A DNA stretch of 64,000 nucleotides from the human T2T-CHM13v2.0 reference genome, Homo sapiens. The number at the start of each line of letters is the position of its first letter. Position 1 is the stretch's first letter. The translations under genes and the position numbers were made by a program. The stretch spans positions 19,456,001 through 19,520,000 of the forward strand of contig CP086569.2 of the NCBI GenBank assembly GCA_009914755.4, read 5' to 3'. Shown one piece after another: positions 51,144 through 64,000 of the stretch. Under the pieces are notes generated by a model, which had not been told where the DNA came from, ran no database searches, and saw nothing but the letters and a program-made list of their open reading frames with translations.

Positions 51144-51455
51144 GGCCGGGCGTGATGGCTCATGCCTGTAATCCCAGCACTTTGGGAGGCCAAGGTGGAT
51201 GGATCGCAAGGTCAGGAGGTCGAGACCATCCTGGCAAACACAGTGAAACCCTGTCTTCTACTAAAAATACAAAACATTAACCAGGCATGGTGGCAGGCAC
51301 TTGTGGTCCCAGCTTCTTGGGAGGCTGAGGCAGGAGAATGGCATGAACCCAGGAGGCAGAGCTTTCAGTGAGCCAAGATAGCACCGTTGCACTCCAGCCT
51401 GGGTGAAAGAATGAGACTCCATCTCAAAAATCAAAAAAATAAAACAAAATGAAAA
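51144..51455 (+). mobile_element. Alu SINE
   Basis: ggccgggcgtgatggctcatgcctgtaatcccagcactttgggaggcc...gcactccagcctgggtgaaagaatgagactccatctcaaaaatcaaaaaaat. Confidence 0.9.
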
Positions 51456-52214
51456 GTTTGACCTGAACTGATGTGAACCCATTTAGTATCCTTATTTATC
51501 CCAGCATGAATATTCATACAGTTGACTGGAAAATAATTAATGCATTTCACTACAGCAGGCGCTTCAGAACTTGCATGCTGTGGATTTCCTATGCTATGAA
51601 ATCCACAGCATATGGAATGAGTTTCAGGCAAGGAGGTAAGAATCTGCCTCCACAACAACACTGTGTTCAGGGAACTCTCACAGCTCCCATTTCATAGATG
51701 GGATCTAAAGTTTACTGAGGCTGAGTTACACATTTAGCAGGTCCAATAGCTACTGGACTTCCCTAAGGCAAAGCCAGTACATGCATCTCACTCTCCTGCA
51801 ATGCCTTCCTACGATGCTATTAGAAAGAAGCCTGCCCTCAGCAGTGCACATGCATGCAAACGTTGTATTCTCATTCAACTGCTTTTAACATGAGACTGTG
51901 GTTTCAGCTGTGAGAAGTTTCACAGACAGAACTGACAAAAAAATGAAGTACAGAAATGAGTAGAAATGAGTAAAGAGTTAAGAATCAGTCAAGCTCTTGC
52001 AGAAGAGAGCAAGGGACTTATGAGGAAAGATTGCAAATAGGAACAAGGAAGGCTCAGAATAAGTGTGAGAATACAGTTGAACTGGTAACACATACACACT
52101 TTCTTTGAGCTTGAAAGCAACTGAAGAAGAAAGCATCTAAGCTTCAACATCCTTCTTATGAAGTAGGAAGTGGCAGAGATGTATCCCCAGTGAAGACACA
52201 ATAATAAAATCATA

Positions 52215-52430
52215 GCAAATCACCATTTATTGAGTATTTTCTTATGTCCCAGACACTGCATTGAAACCCACCTCATGTCATCATTTTCATTATGGCTCAA
52301 TAGGCATAAATTTCCCCTTGCAAATGAGGAAACAGAGGCCCAAGGAAGTTAAGTTAACATGTCCAAGATCAAACAACTAACTTCAAAACTGGGGTCCAAA
52401 AGAAGAACAGTTCTCTGATTCTGAGGGCAA
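52215..52430. mobile_element. MIR (mammalian-wide interspersed repeat) fragment
   Basis: ttattgagtattttcttatgtcccagacactg...tccccttgcaaatgaggaaacagaggcccaaggaagttaagttaacatgtccaagatcaaacaactaac matches the MIR core (..tattatccccattttacagatgaggaaactgaggctcagagaggttaagtaacttgcccaaggtcacacagc..). Confidence 0.7.
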
Positions 52431-53480
52431 CGTTCTCTTTGCTAAATAACCCTTCTCCTCCTATGAGTGCACATCTGTCTATGAAGGAATCTGTAAAACT
52501 ACTGAACTGGTGTTAACATTGGGGTAACAAACAGAAAACAAAATTCTAAGATAAACTTGGAGACTTCTATATCACCACCACAGCTTTCCCATTAGGGACA
52601 TGACGTTCTCCTGAGCCATGAGGCACCTATGAAACAAGTCACTTTTGTTGATGGTCCAGATGGTATTACCAAACTGGATAGGGAGTTTTACTTCTAAGAT
52701 GACACATATTTCTGTGGCTTTTCCTCTAACAAAATAATTACTTAATGTTCAATAAATTGGGATCATTACATTTTCACAAGCATCAGAAGCTTTACAGAAA
52801 GAAAACATATTCATGGGTTTAAAATGTCTCTAACCCGTCTGAGTTTGCTTCAGTTGCAATTTTAAATCAGCCACATGAATAGTTAACTTTGTCATGGAAG
52901 CTTCGTAATCTAGTATCTGGGCCTTCAGCCAGGCAGAATGCACAATATGACAAGATTCAGAGTAGGAAAATAAATTATTTTAAAACAAATCACAGCTTGC
53001 TTCAAAAGGAAAAGTTTTCTCATCCTTTTGTAATCTTTATTTGGGAAGATTTATGCCAGTAAACAACAGGGTCCCTATTTTTAAAATGACAAACAGAACA
53101 CAAATGAGGCGTGTTTCACAGGTTTCATCATCATTTTCGGTCATATCAAAAAATTCTAGAGCATGTGGACAGAAGACACAGTGAATGTTTGAAATCCTCA
53201 GGGTGAGAATCAAGGGAAAACAGTGGATACAATCAGGCACTCTGAAAATTTTACGTTTAGGTGTGTTTGCTTTCTTCTCCATGTTATTACTATTATGAAT
53301 ATAAGATCATATTATCACTAGAGAATTTTCTGAGATGACAAACAGTACCTTTGTTATATTTGGGGGAGTAATGTTTGATGTAAAAATAAATCTGATTTGC
53401 ACAGGTGTGACTTGGGCCAAGTTTACATATTGATGAAGTGTACTGGTATCATAGTGGGACCGGCAAGGAGCAATACTCAC

Positions 53481-53610
53481 TGCATGTTGCAGTTGTATTG
53501 CAGAGCTGGCCTGTGGTTCTTGAACTCCTCATGCTCAGCTATGATAGCATTTTCTGCTTTCTGCAGTTCTTTCTGAAATACCACAATTTCATGAGCCAGC
53601 TGATCTAGAC
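53481..53610 (-). other. Candidate internal coding exon (130 nt) with consensus splice sites; gene unknown
   Basis: Minus strand: acceptor ttgaacttcttAG|GTCTAGATCAGCTGG..., donor ...CAACATGCA|GTGAGTattgc. Only one of the three frames is open across it, reading LDQLAHEIVVFQKELQKAENAIIAEHEEFKNHRPALQYNCNMQ (coiled-coil-like). Non-repetitive context. Confidence 0.3.
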
Positions 53611-54934
53611 CTAAGAAGTTCAAAAGAAATCCTAGTCATTATCTACCTTAAGTTTTCTTATTTCATTTAACAAAAACATTTAAAGGGGTTTTACATTGTT
53701 GTTTCTTTTCTTTGTACTCATGCAATAAATATAATATTAATTCTATTTAATGAGCTCAGCGTAATCCTGACACCCACATTTCAGAACAAAAGAATTTGGT
53801 GCATTTTAATGTAAACGTGATTACTCTTGGAGTCCTACTCCATGTAAAAGACCCTTTTCAAATCCTCAAATTAACCTAAAAGGTTGTTTCTCTCCTCTAC
53901 CATGCACAGAAGGAGCTCTCTATCTGATCTCCCTGTTGATGACATCCCCAAGATTCAACATAATCTGTGCATCTGTCAGCAGCAGTTGGGATCCAGGCAG
54001 AAAGCAGATGGTTCCCACAGTCAAAGTCATCTAAGGATGCTTTAATAAAGGGTGACTTTTGCAGCATGCCCACAAATGATGGCAAAGCTCACTGAGATAG
54101 TAACAGGGCCACTGTATTAGCACTCCTTGTGCCTGGAGAATCAGAGGAGGGTGCAATTCTCAGCGCTGGAGGGAGAGAGGTGGTGCAGAACACTGGGAAG
54201 AGGTCATCACAGGCACCATGACCTCGCTTGGCTGTGAGGTACAATGGCCAGTCTTCGGCCAGTGTATGTGGAGTCTGTAGTCCTCACCGGCCAAACCCAA
54301 TCAGCAAGCAGAGGGCAAGGGATACCTTGAAACCACCTACAGGCATGTTTGCAGAGTTTAATCCAAGGATCATAAATCCTTCAAATTTAACTTTCCCCTT
54401 ACAAGTACAAAGCATAGTTTTATAATACTGCCTGAATATAAATTACTAAAACATGGAAATCAGGAAGAAAGATATATGGTTTAGGACATGCAAGTTTTCA
54501 TTTCTACTCTCTTTTAAGTAGTGAATAATTACTCATCCTTTTAGCCTTTTCATTCAGCATAAGGTTTTGTTTTGTTATTGGCAAGACTGGGTTTTGACAC
54601 ACTCTAACTCAACCTGGAATTTAAAAAGGAATATTTACAATTGAATAATGACTTTACAGTGCTGCAAAATGAAAATCTGGTATGCTCCTTTAGGCATAGC
54701 GTCAAAATTTAATTAAGGTCACTAAAGAGATGTCTGAATGTCTGCAATAACTACGCTAACAAAAATTATCTTCTGCCCCAGAGTTGACACAGAGGAAACT
54801 TATAGAACATATCCCATGAATCAAGTCCTTCTAAGATTATCACCCCATTTTTCAGAGTCAACCAAGAAACCAGCAACAATCACACATTATAGCAATATAT
54901 ATTTTTTGAATATGAAAAGGTAAGGTAAAAATGG

Positions 54935-55535
<601 letters not shown>

Positions 55536-58509
55536 ATAAAATCTGAACATGTGAAGTGCCTCCATTTTCTTAATATACTATAGCTCATATTTGAGTATGA
55601 AAGTCTACAAAGTTCTCACATATGTCAAAGTTGCAAAAATAAATTTTATATACAAAATATTTTGTAAGTACCTGATGTTCTAACTTCCAACAGCAAGCAC
55701 ACGATGAAGACAAAAGTAAAGAAGCAATGGCATGTGAAAAATGCCCCGTATTTTGTTTTAATCTGTAAGACAAAAATGTAATGACAGAATTTTTTCCTGT
55801 TGCTGATGGAAAGAGTGAACAGGCTGCGTGTAGAAAATAATAGTGTTGACCACCTGCTATGACCTAGGCATGTCAATTAGCTCACTACATTTCCTCAACA
55901 GCCCTAAAATTTGGAAAACTTCCTAGAGTTTACAGCTCAAGAATCTGAGTCACAGAATCTGCCCAAAAGCACACAAGCAACTAGACACACAAATAGGTTT
56001 GAAGCAGGACTTCAGGACCCAAGGCACTATCTGCATTTTTCTGTGTGACATTGATTGAAAATAAATATTACTTAATTTACTCCAGCCATCATCCTCTTAG
56101 CCATACAAATAGAAATCCAAGCGTCTCTAGCAGATGACCTAGGATAAATTATTTATCACTAAAATTTCATATATTGGTTAAATCTGTTTCAAAAAACAAT
56201 AATTATTTCTTCCTTTCACCTTCAATTAGTCGATTAGTACTAATGATATAGTCATCCTTTAGCTCAAGTTGTCACCTGAGAATCCGAATGAGTTTCTCAG
56301 TTATCATTCTAGAAAGCCCACTATCAATGCAGGAGCTTATGCGTGGCACAGGTATATCTGAGAGCACTTAACCTGACACTGTGTAAACTTCAAAGTCCCT
56401 CATTACTAAAGCCATAGATAAAATGTCCACTAAAACCCCACCTCAATCCTATAAGACTCAAACACACAAAATAAAGGGTCGTGTTGTCACAAGGTTACTG
56501 AAGTAATCACTTTTCAGTTGGTCTCATCTGACACAAAAAGCAAAGAAAATTAAATTTACACGGCATACAATAGACTCAATTGTAAATGATAATTAGACAA
56601 ACACTTCCAGTCCTCCTGTAATATCTGCACACCCTCAACCAATGTATGAATTTTTGTGCCAAGGGACTAAGAACAGTCCTGAGAGGCAAGTGTCAACAGC
56701 ATCAAATCTGAATTAGCAACACCCAAAGACACACTTTTGCAGTTTCACTTCTCTTTCCCAGCTGTTACAATCTGCCCTTTTGGTTCCAAAAGGAAAAAGA
56801 AACATTCTTATGGGGATCAGCCTCCAAACTCTAACACTTGCCAAAATCATATGCAGATTCCTAAAGCCAGACAGACACCACACAGCCCGTGGAAGCTGTC
56901 ACAATGCTACCAAATAGTTGACTAGCTCCATAACTACATAAAATTAACGCACATACTTTGGTTTATTTATTTCTAAATATGTGGTAACTACAGCAACTTC
57001 CACGTTATTTGTTCTAGCAGAGGAATTGACATAGAAGATGTGGGTAAAACGCCTCATTTAAAAATCGATTTTAAAAGCTGCTATATTTTTTAAAAATAGA
57101 ATTTGTTTAAATAACAACCTCAAGAAACTTTTGCACCTACTATGTAATAAAATATCAATGTCAAATCATGAGGAAGGCAATAAAAACAGGCCAAATAAAT
57201 GCCCCCAAAACCTTTGTTGCATCATTTCCTCGTGGCACATTTACAACAAATATTAACTGGGCACATTTTATGTGCCAGATCCTTTTCCACCCACTGAAAC
57301 GTTACCACATGGGCACAATGTCTTACCCCTGTGATATTATCCACTGATACACAAAACTTAGTGCACAGAAAAGCCAAAGAATCTGTAACTGCTGTTATTC
57401 TCCTTTCCCTTTATCACATTTGCCTCACATAGTTAATTTTAGCCCTTTTATTTTCATTCCTGCTTTGCAGAATTGTGAAGGAATTAAAGGCACATGTTCA
57501 CTGAAAAATACTGTGACCATTGATATAATTTCTATATTGTTAGATATCCATCTTTGTGGCAGTATGAGTGGAGTAGACAAAAAAAAAAGTCACTAAAAGT
57601 GATTATAAACCCAGTTTTACAGCTTATCGAGTAGGCAAGCTGAGCAAGTAACAAGGTACCCTGAAAATTATAGTAAATCACAGACCTCAATAAATGTTAG
57701 AGAAGCCATGAGTAAGAAAAGCAGAGGATTTGCTTCTTTGCACCTTATCTTTTAAAAGGTACCTTATCTCAAACACAGGTAATTATTGGGTATTGATGAA
57801 AATAAAATATGTATTTTTTTCAAACACTAAAGTTTGCATAGAATGTGATTCATAGACTACTTCCTCAGTTTTTGTTATGTTTACACTAACTTATTTTAAA
57901 CATATTTCTTCTTCAAAACAGTCAAACATGTACTTCAGCAGTTTGGTCATAGGTCTCCTCAAGACTCCTTATATTCGCTCCTGCCTTCTAAGTGCCTCAG
58001 TCATGGTGTTATGTTTTTCTTCCTGGGGCTTCTGGGTTCTGAATATAGGAAAGGTATAAAAACTAAATAAGCTACAATAGCTGAGATAACAAATTTAGAA
58101 AAAAAATCCAGTGTTTTTGATTCAACAGACTAAAACTGCTACATGACTATTCCTGCTGGGAAGCAGAAGAAAGAGCTAGAAGTCCTCAGTGTATGAACTA
58201 ATCTACTTACAGTGTATTGAAACTAGCAGAGCCACAGAGCTGTGGTATCTGACGGAGGGGAGTGTGATCTTCTCTAGTGGGAAGTGATTTCCTATAGAAG
58301 ACAATTAAAACTTAAAACAATAGTTGTAGGTGAGTGATGGCCAAAGTCAATTGTGGGATGAAAGAATAATCCTATTAGTTACAAAGGGACAAAAGTGGAT
58401 TCACCTGCTTGATTTCTTATAATGTTCTTTCTAACTGTGGGCTTTAATTAATTATCGCATAGATATTTCAGTGAGAATATTTACTTTTGTCATTTAATAA
58501 TCTATCAGA

Positions 58510-58660
58510 GGTAGCCAAGTGTGGTGGCCAGCACCTAAAATCCCAGCTTTTCAGAAGGCTGAGGCAGGAGGGTCACTTGAGCCCAAGAATTTGAGACTAA
58601 CCTGGACAACATAGCAAAGCCCTGTCTCTTAAAATCAAACAAACAAACAACAAAAACCTA
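58510..58660 (+). mobile_element. Free Alu-monomer-like element (FLAM/FRAM-type)
   Basis: ggtagccaagtgtggtggccagcacctaaaatcccagcttttcagaaggctgaggcaggagggtcacttgagcccaagaatttgagactaacctggacaacatagcaaagccctgtctc plus (caaa)n tail. Confidence 0.7.
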
Positions 58661-59049
58661 GAAAACAAAAACTGTTGATTAAACGTGGGAAAAGTACCCA
58701 AAGAGAGGGCAAAAGATAGATGAATCAATATGGGCTTCCAAATACTTAAGAGTAGAACGGTCTTTATAGCGAGACATGAGATTAACCATAGCACCAATTC
58801 CCAAGCCAGGGAGGTGGGTTCACAGTGGTTGAGATGCAGCCATTCTGAGAAGTCCTACAAAACACTGACTGGTCTAAGGAAAGTTAAAGGCTCTAGGTAT
58901 TAGCTCCCTCTGCTGGTAATCTGGAAAGCTGTGGAAAGGTAAAAACGACATTTATTTTGTATATATCCTGAGAGAGAGAAAACAGGAGTGGAGAAAATTG
59001 AGGTAGGGAAGTGATAAACTCTCTCTGCCAAAATGTTGTTCCTTATTTT

Positions 59050-59066
59050 TCTCTCTCTCTCTCTCG
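59050..59066. repeat. (CT)n short microsatellite
   Basis: tctctctctctctctcg. Confidence 0.8.
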
Positions 59067-60019
59067 ATTAGTTTACCTTTTCATTATTGCCAAAAGGAGA
59101 CTAAGGCAGGCAGAGGTTGTCATCCAACAAATCAAATCTATAGAAGTGCAAAAACAACATTAAAGAAGATGGAGGCATATTCTTTAATGAAGTAAGATTC
59201 CTGGAGTATCTATGGGTGCCAATTAAGAAAACATTCCCAGTGGAAAATAAGGCTTATTGCACAAACTATAGACAGATGCGCTTGCTGTCAATCCCAGGTA
59301 AGATCTGAAGAATGAAATATTTGTCAGCACTTAGAACAAGTGAATAACACAAGAGAAACAGGTTCACCCAGTGCAGGTAAAGTCAGACTACCATACTTTC
59401 TCTGTTGAGCACAGAGCTGGTAAAAGCTGCAGGTGTAGAAATGTGGAACTCAGTTGCTCTACATAAACACATAAAACTATCAGACCTGAAGGACTGAAGT
59501 TAACAGCAAAATGTATGATCTGTTCAAGTATTAATAGCCTCTCCAAATATTCTGTCTGGTCTTACTGTAAGCTTGTGATAGAATCTCATTCTCTTTTTCA
59601 TTTTAATGTTTAATATTTCAAAAGCAAAAGCCTAGTGTTTGTTCTTCTTAATTTCTACTTTCTAATTCTAGGTGCTATGACCTTTATAAACAAGAACTCT
59701 ACTTGGCAATAAACACTAGAATATTTTGACATATAGAGTAATTTTTGTACTCTCATAATTCTGAATTTGAAAATTAAACATGCATACTTAAAATTCAAAA
59801 GCTTCAACCCTCTGCTTCATCACTGCTTCTCTTCCTCTTAGTAAATCCATGGCTTTTACTTAAATTTGCCTGTGGCCATAAATTCTCTTTATTTCAATCT
59901 ACATAGAAAATCATTAACTTTTAGCAAGAAAACTGATGAAAGCCAAATGGGTGTAAACAAATATACTGTTTCATAAATTCCACAAAGCAACAATTTCAAT
60001 TTCAAGAGAATCCAACTTG

Positions 60020-60308
60020 GCTGGTTACTGTGGCTCACAACTGTAATCTTAGCACTTTGCGAGGCCAATGCAGTCAGATCACCTGAGGTCAGGAGTTCAA
60101 GGTCAGCCTGGCTAACACTGTAAAACCACATCGGTAACAAAATGCAAAAATTGGCCTGGCATCATGAAGGGCACCTGTACTTTCTGCTACTCAGGAGGCT
60201 GAGACAGGAGAATCACCTGAACCTGGGAGGCAAAGGTTCTGGTGCTCTGATGATTACCACTGCAGTCCAGCCTCGGTAACAGAAAAAAAAAAAAAAAAAA
60301 AAAAAATC
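60020..60308 (+). mobile_element. Alu SINE with a25 tail
   Basis: ggctggttactgtggctcacaactgtaatcttagcactttgcgaggcc...cagtccagcctcggtaacag a25. Confidence 0.85.
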
Positions 60309-60514
60309 CAACCTCAGAGTTTGAATCTTTTCAATCTGTTGGAAAGCAAAGTTTCAAAATTTAGTCAACTAGATGTTCTAGCTGCATATAAATTGACTCT
60401 CCTACTTTCTGTTAAACTGTACTTTCATATGTTCTTAACATCCCTTATGTAATATATGCTACTTAATGCTTTAACAATTCTCAGGCCTTTATAAAAAAAA
60501 AAATTGACAGTACC

Positions 60515-60782
60515 CTGTCCTGCGGCCTAGCCTTTAGTGCATCTGTGTGGTCTTGACTCACTGCAACCACTGCCTCCTGGGCTCAAGGTACCCTCCTATC
60601 TCAGCCTCCCAAGTAGCTGGGACTACAAGCACACACCAAGAAGTCCAGCTAATTTTTTTGCAGAGATGGGATTTTGTCATGCTGCCCAGATGGCTCTGAA
60701 ACTCTGGATTCAAATGATATGCCCACCTTGGCCTGTCAAGTGCTGGGACTACAGGCATAAGCCACCATACCTCGCCCCATTA
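60515..60782 (-). mobile_element. Alu SINE, reverse orientation
   Basis: ..cactgcaaccactgcctcctgggctcaagg...tcagcctcccaagtagctgggactacaagc...ggcgaggtatggtggctta (rc of Alu 5' end). Confidence 0.85.
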
Positions 60783-61059
60783 ACTAAAACTTTCTAAGTT
60801 ATTCAGGAAGAACCATTGAACAAAATGTGCAATCAGCAATAAAGCTCAAAGAGAATATAATTGCATAGTTTTTAGTGGCGGTGCTGTCTGAATGTTTCAG
60901 TTCATGGGACATTCTGACTCAGAGTTAGCAAGCTTATGTGAAGTCCTAAATGAATGCACTATCTTTCCATTTATGTTTTCACAGACCAAGAGTTTACTAA
61001 CTACCTAACACATATCAAGCAGCATACAGGAAGATGGATATACAAATGTAGCCAGATAC

Positions 61060-61330
61060 AGTCCCCATCTCTAAAGACCTCACAATTTAGTCAGGGAGAA
61101 ACAATCACAATAAGACATGATTATTTCATAAGTGAGGTAAATAAACACTGCACGCAGGAATGAAATCCAAAAGATTCGCTCAGTGGGAGTCAGGGAAGGT
61201 ATCAACGAAGTGACTGTCCAGCTGTGTCTTGAAAGACAGTATGCTTTCATCAATAAGAGAAAAGGATCGACATTCCAGGTGAGGAAATACAGCCATGGTG
61301 GTTTGTATGAGGATGACAATCTTCCTCAAA
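61060..61330. mobile_element. Ancient mammalian-wide repeat fragment (MIR/L2-era family; exact family uncertain)
   Basis: ..gagtcagggaaggtatcaacgaagtgactgtccagctgtgtcttgaaagacag...gacattccaggtgaggaaatacagccatggtg.. resembles the common old repeat consensus (..ggtcagggaaggcttc..gtgacatttgagctgagacctgaagg..gcattccaggcagagggaacagc..). Confidence 0.4.
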
Positions 61331-63379
61331 GCCTTCAGATACTCACAGTTAAATAAACAGGAATCTAGTCAGTCACCTATCTTGCAGATGAATTTATTAG
61401 TCTAAACACAATCCAAACATCTCAAAAAACTGTGCTTCCAAAACTCATTTTTATAGCTGGAGCAAGCCCAATTCCCAGGAATGTTATACAGATTTGTAGA
61501 GGGTGCGCCCTTGCATTAAATGACTAGGTCTCATTGAGAAGCCCCAAGCAAGACTTGATGCTAGGGTAAAGCCTTGCTACTTTTGACATCTGGGAGAAGC
61601 AGTTCACGATGTAGGCCAAAAATACTGCTGTAAATCCAGTGTGGTCTAAGACATACCCTCAGAAACAGAATATGCTTTCTTAAGAAAAAAAAGATTCACT
61701 CCCACTTGCCAACATAGAATCCCTGCCACTGCTCATCCTCACCTTCTCTTGTCCGTTTACTCCCGGGATGACCAGATCAAAAGGCCACATGGATGACAAT
61801 TGCAGCCCTGATGACTCCTTTACCCCAGAGACCTTGAACTCTCCTCATTTCCATGGCTCCATCCAATGGCAGCACAGTGCATTTTGTTTCCAGTTTCCAC
61901 CTGAAACCTAGTCCTGCAATTCTCTACTCTTGGACAATTGTTATAATTCCACCTGCCAGTCTCTTTGGATCTAGTTCTTGATCCCTGAGACAGCTACTTA
62001 ACCCTCACTTTCTCCATGGTGTAGCAGTTACTTGCCCTCTCCTCTGCTTCCCTTCACCATGCAAGATAAGCCCAGAATCTGCAGTTAAATAGGCTGCCAT
62101 TCTCACATCAAGTAAGTTAGGCTCTGCAAAGCTCCAGTCCTTCAACATCTCCATCTTTCCAGCCTCACTGAAAAGTGCAGAAGAGACAGATGCTTACAAT
62201 TTCTCCCCAGACCTGCCAAAAAATAAAAATAAAAAATAAACTCACCTACAAGCACATGGTTTGGTCTCATTTAATTTCAGGCTCCCTCAACTACAGCTGG
62301 GCCCTCAATACAAGTGATCAGTCCTCTCTGTTTTAAAGAGCTGTTCTTCTGTTACTCCCATGAGCTACTCTGTACCTCTAAGCTGCTCCTAAAACCCATG
62401 ATCTAATGCTCTAATCTGCCTGAGAAGATGGGAGCTTATTTAGGGTGTGTTTCTCTTAATCCCAACTTGACTGTTCACCTCTGACACTCTTCCTTTTCCA
62501 CTTGTCCCAGAGGAAGCAAATCTGTGTACATATTTCAAGGGCCACCCTTCTTTTTCTTTGCACTCTTTACCACAATTCCTATTGCTTTTCTGGGACCTTG
62601 TTAGCTCAATTGTATCATCTCATTCCTGGATCTTGAACCAACCTACTAATAGCTGCAGGAAATAGTTACACAGTAAAATATTTGTAAATACCACCTCTTG
62701 GTGTTTTGAATTCTCTCAAGGATACTCTTTTCCCAAAAAATGATGGCTTCAGCCGCTGATTGACAAGCCTTCTCAAAATATTTCCTGAACACAGCTACAT
62801 TCTTTCCATACTTTCTTTTTGCTCTATTTTAATTTTTGCTATCTCAGCAGCTTAACAAAAGTTTACCTGCAAATTGATCACAAAAATTTAAAAATTTTAA
62901 CTATTACACTCCAATAAGTGTAACAAATACTCTCTTCACATCCAGGCTCAACATTAATGCTCTGTCCAAGTACATTACATTTACTTCATCTTTAGTTTTA
63001 TCTCACTCACTGTATTTGTAGGACTCACTCAAAAGTCATAAACAAATGTCAACATAAATAAAAATAATGTGCAGAATGGTAGAGTATCCCATTATTAAAA
63101 TTTCTAGGTTGTTTTTGATATACCAAAGATTAAGACTTTAGAAGACTGTTGGGGAAACCACCCCCACACCACCCAGCAGGTACCCTGAGTCTAGCGGCGA
63201 CAAAGCTGATAGAAAGAGAGAGACCGAATAAGTGTTGAAAAGGCAGGTCCGGGGGACTGGAGTATTGGAGGCTTCCTCATGGCCCAGAAGTAGACGATAA
63301 CATTGATAGTGTTTCTCCCTGGTAGGTATGACTTTAGACATATTTTTCCATCTACTTTTCTGTATTTTTCAAATGCTTT

Positions 63380-63866
63380 CCAATAAAGGACTCTCCAGCC
63401 ACATGCAGCCATTGACACTGGAAAGGTGGTCAGTCTGAACTGAGATATGCCTTAAATGAAAAAAAACAAAGAGATTTCAAAACTAACTGAAAAAAAAAAA
63501 AAAAAAAAAAAGAAAGTGAATTATCTCATTCGTACTTTTTTTTATTAAACACATGTCGAAATCATATTTTAGATGTATGGGATTAAATATCTTAAAGCTA
63601 ATTTTACCTACTTCTTTAAGTAAAGAAGGACTCTCCAGCCACATGCATCCATTGACAGTGGAAAGGTGACCAGTCTGAACTGAGATGTGCCTTAAATGAA
63701 AAAAAAAAAAAAAAAAAAACAAAGAGATTTCAAAACTAAGTGAAAAAAAAAAGGAAAGTGAATTATCTCATTCGTATTTTTTTTTTTTATTAAACACATG
63801 TTGAAATCATATTTTAGATGTATGGGATTAAATATCTTACAGCTAATTTTACCTAATTCTTTTTAC
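63380..63866. repeat. Tandem duplication, about 242-bp unit x2, each copy containing poly(A) tracts
   Basis: aaggactctccagccacatgca(g/t)ccattgaca(c/g)tggaaaggtg(gt/ac)cagtctgaactgagat(a/g)tgccttaaatgaaaaaaaa...gtgaattatctcattcgta..attaaacacatgt(c/t)gaaatcatattttagatgtatgggattaaatatctta(a/c)agctaattttaccta recurs at 63386 and 63627. Confidence 0.9.
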
Positions 63867-64000
63867 TGTTTTCAGTGTGACTACTAGAAAACTGAACATT
63901 ATATATATGGTTCAACTGTTGGACCGCACTGCTTCATAATTATCAGTAATATGTTTCTAATGGAATTAAACCCACACTTAATTTAAGGCCTAGTCATGTA

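Noticed and set aside
53037-53282. 81-aa minus-strand ORF starting with ATG in a reasonable Kozak-like context near the candidate exon
   Set aside because: There are no splice signals, no homology and no compositional bias supporting coding. I kept only the splice-flanked exon candidate at 53481-53610.

Overview
This window reads as primate (human-type) nuclear genomic DNA, not prokaryotic. It is dense with Alu SINEs carrying poly(A) tails, LINE-1 and MIR fragments, (CA)n and other microsatellites, and endogenous retroviruses. I found no rRNA, tRNA or CRISPR features and no operons. No bona fide long cellular ORF is visible. Almost every ORF in the six-frame track is Alu- or ERV-derived or low complexity. 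Main content: (1) an ancient composite direct duplication, with copy A at about 5830-17011 and copy B at about 25722-37212 at roughly 80% identity. (2) Between them sits a defective class I (gammaretrovirus-like) provirus on the minus strand, HERV-1, at 17012-25830. It has a 3' LTR, env, pol, pro, gag and leader but no 5' LTR. Its leader runs directly into copy B, and copy A begins with about 110 bp homologous to that same leader. (3) A second, complete LTR-flanked provirus of the same family on the minus strand, HERV-2, at about 39963-48624. It is more decayed and lacks most of env. (4) An internally deleted ERVK/HML-like (betaretrovirus-like) element on the minus strand at 6357-10036, flanked by about 370-bp LTR-like direct repeats. 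It is present in copy A but absent from the homologous site in copy B. (5) At least 14 Alu insertions, several private to one duplicate copy. (6) Unique-looking sequence at 48.7-64 kb with scattered Alus and a MIR. It holds one splice-site-flanked candidate exon on the minus strand at 53481-53610 and a roughly 242-bp tandem duplication at the 3' end. I see no evidence of a novel biological system in the prokaryotic sense. The most unusual signal is the nested, roughly coeval duplication/provirus architecture. Family names for the ERVs cannot be assigned without a repeat database. Coordinates of repeat boundaries are approximate (about 10-20 bp).
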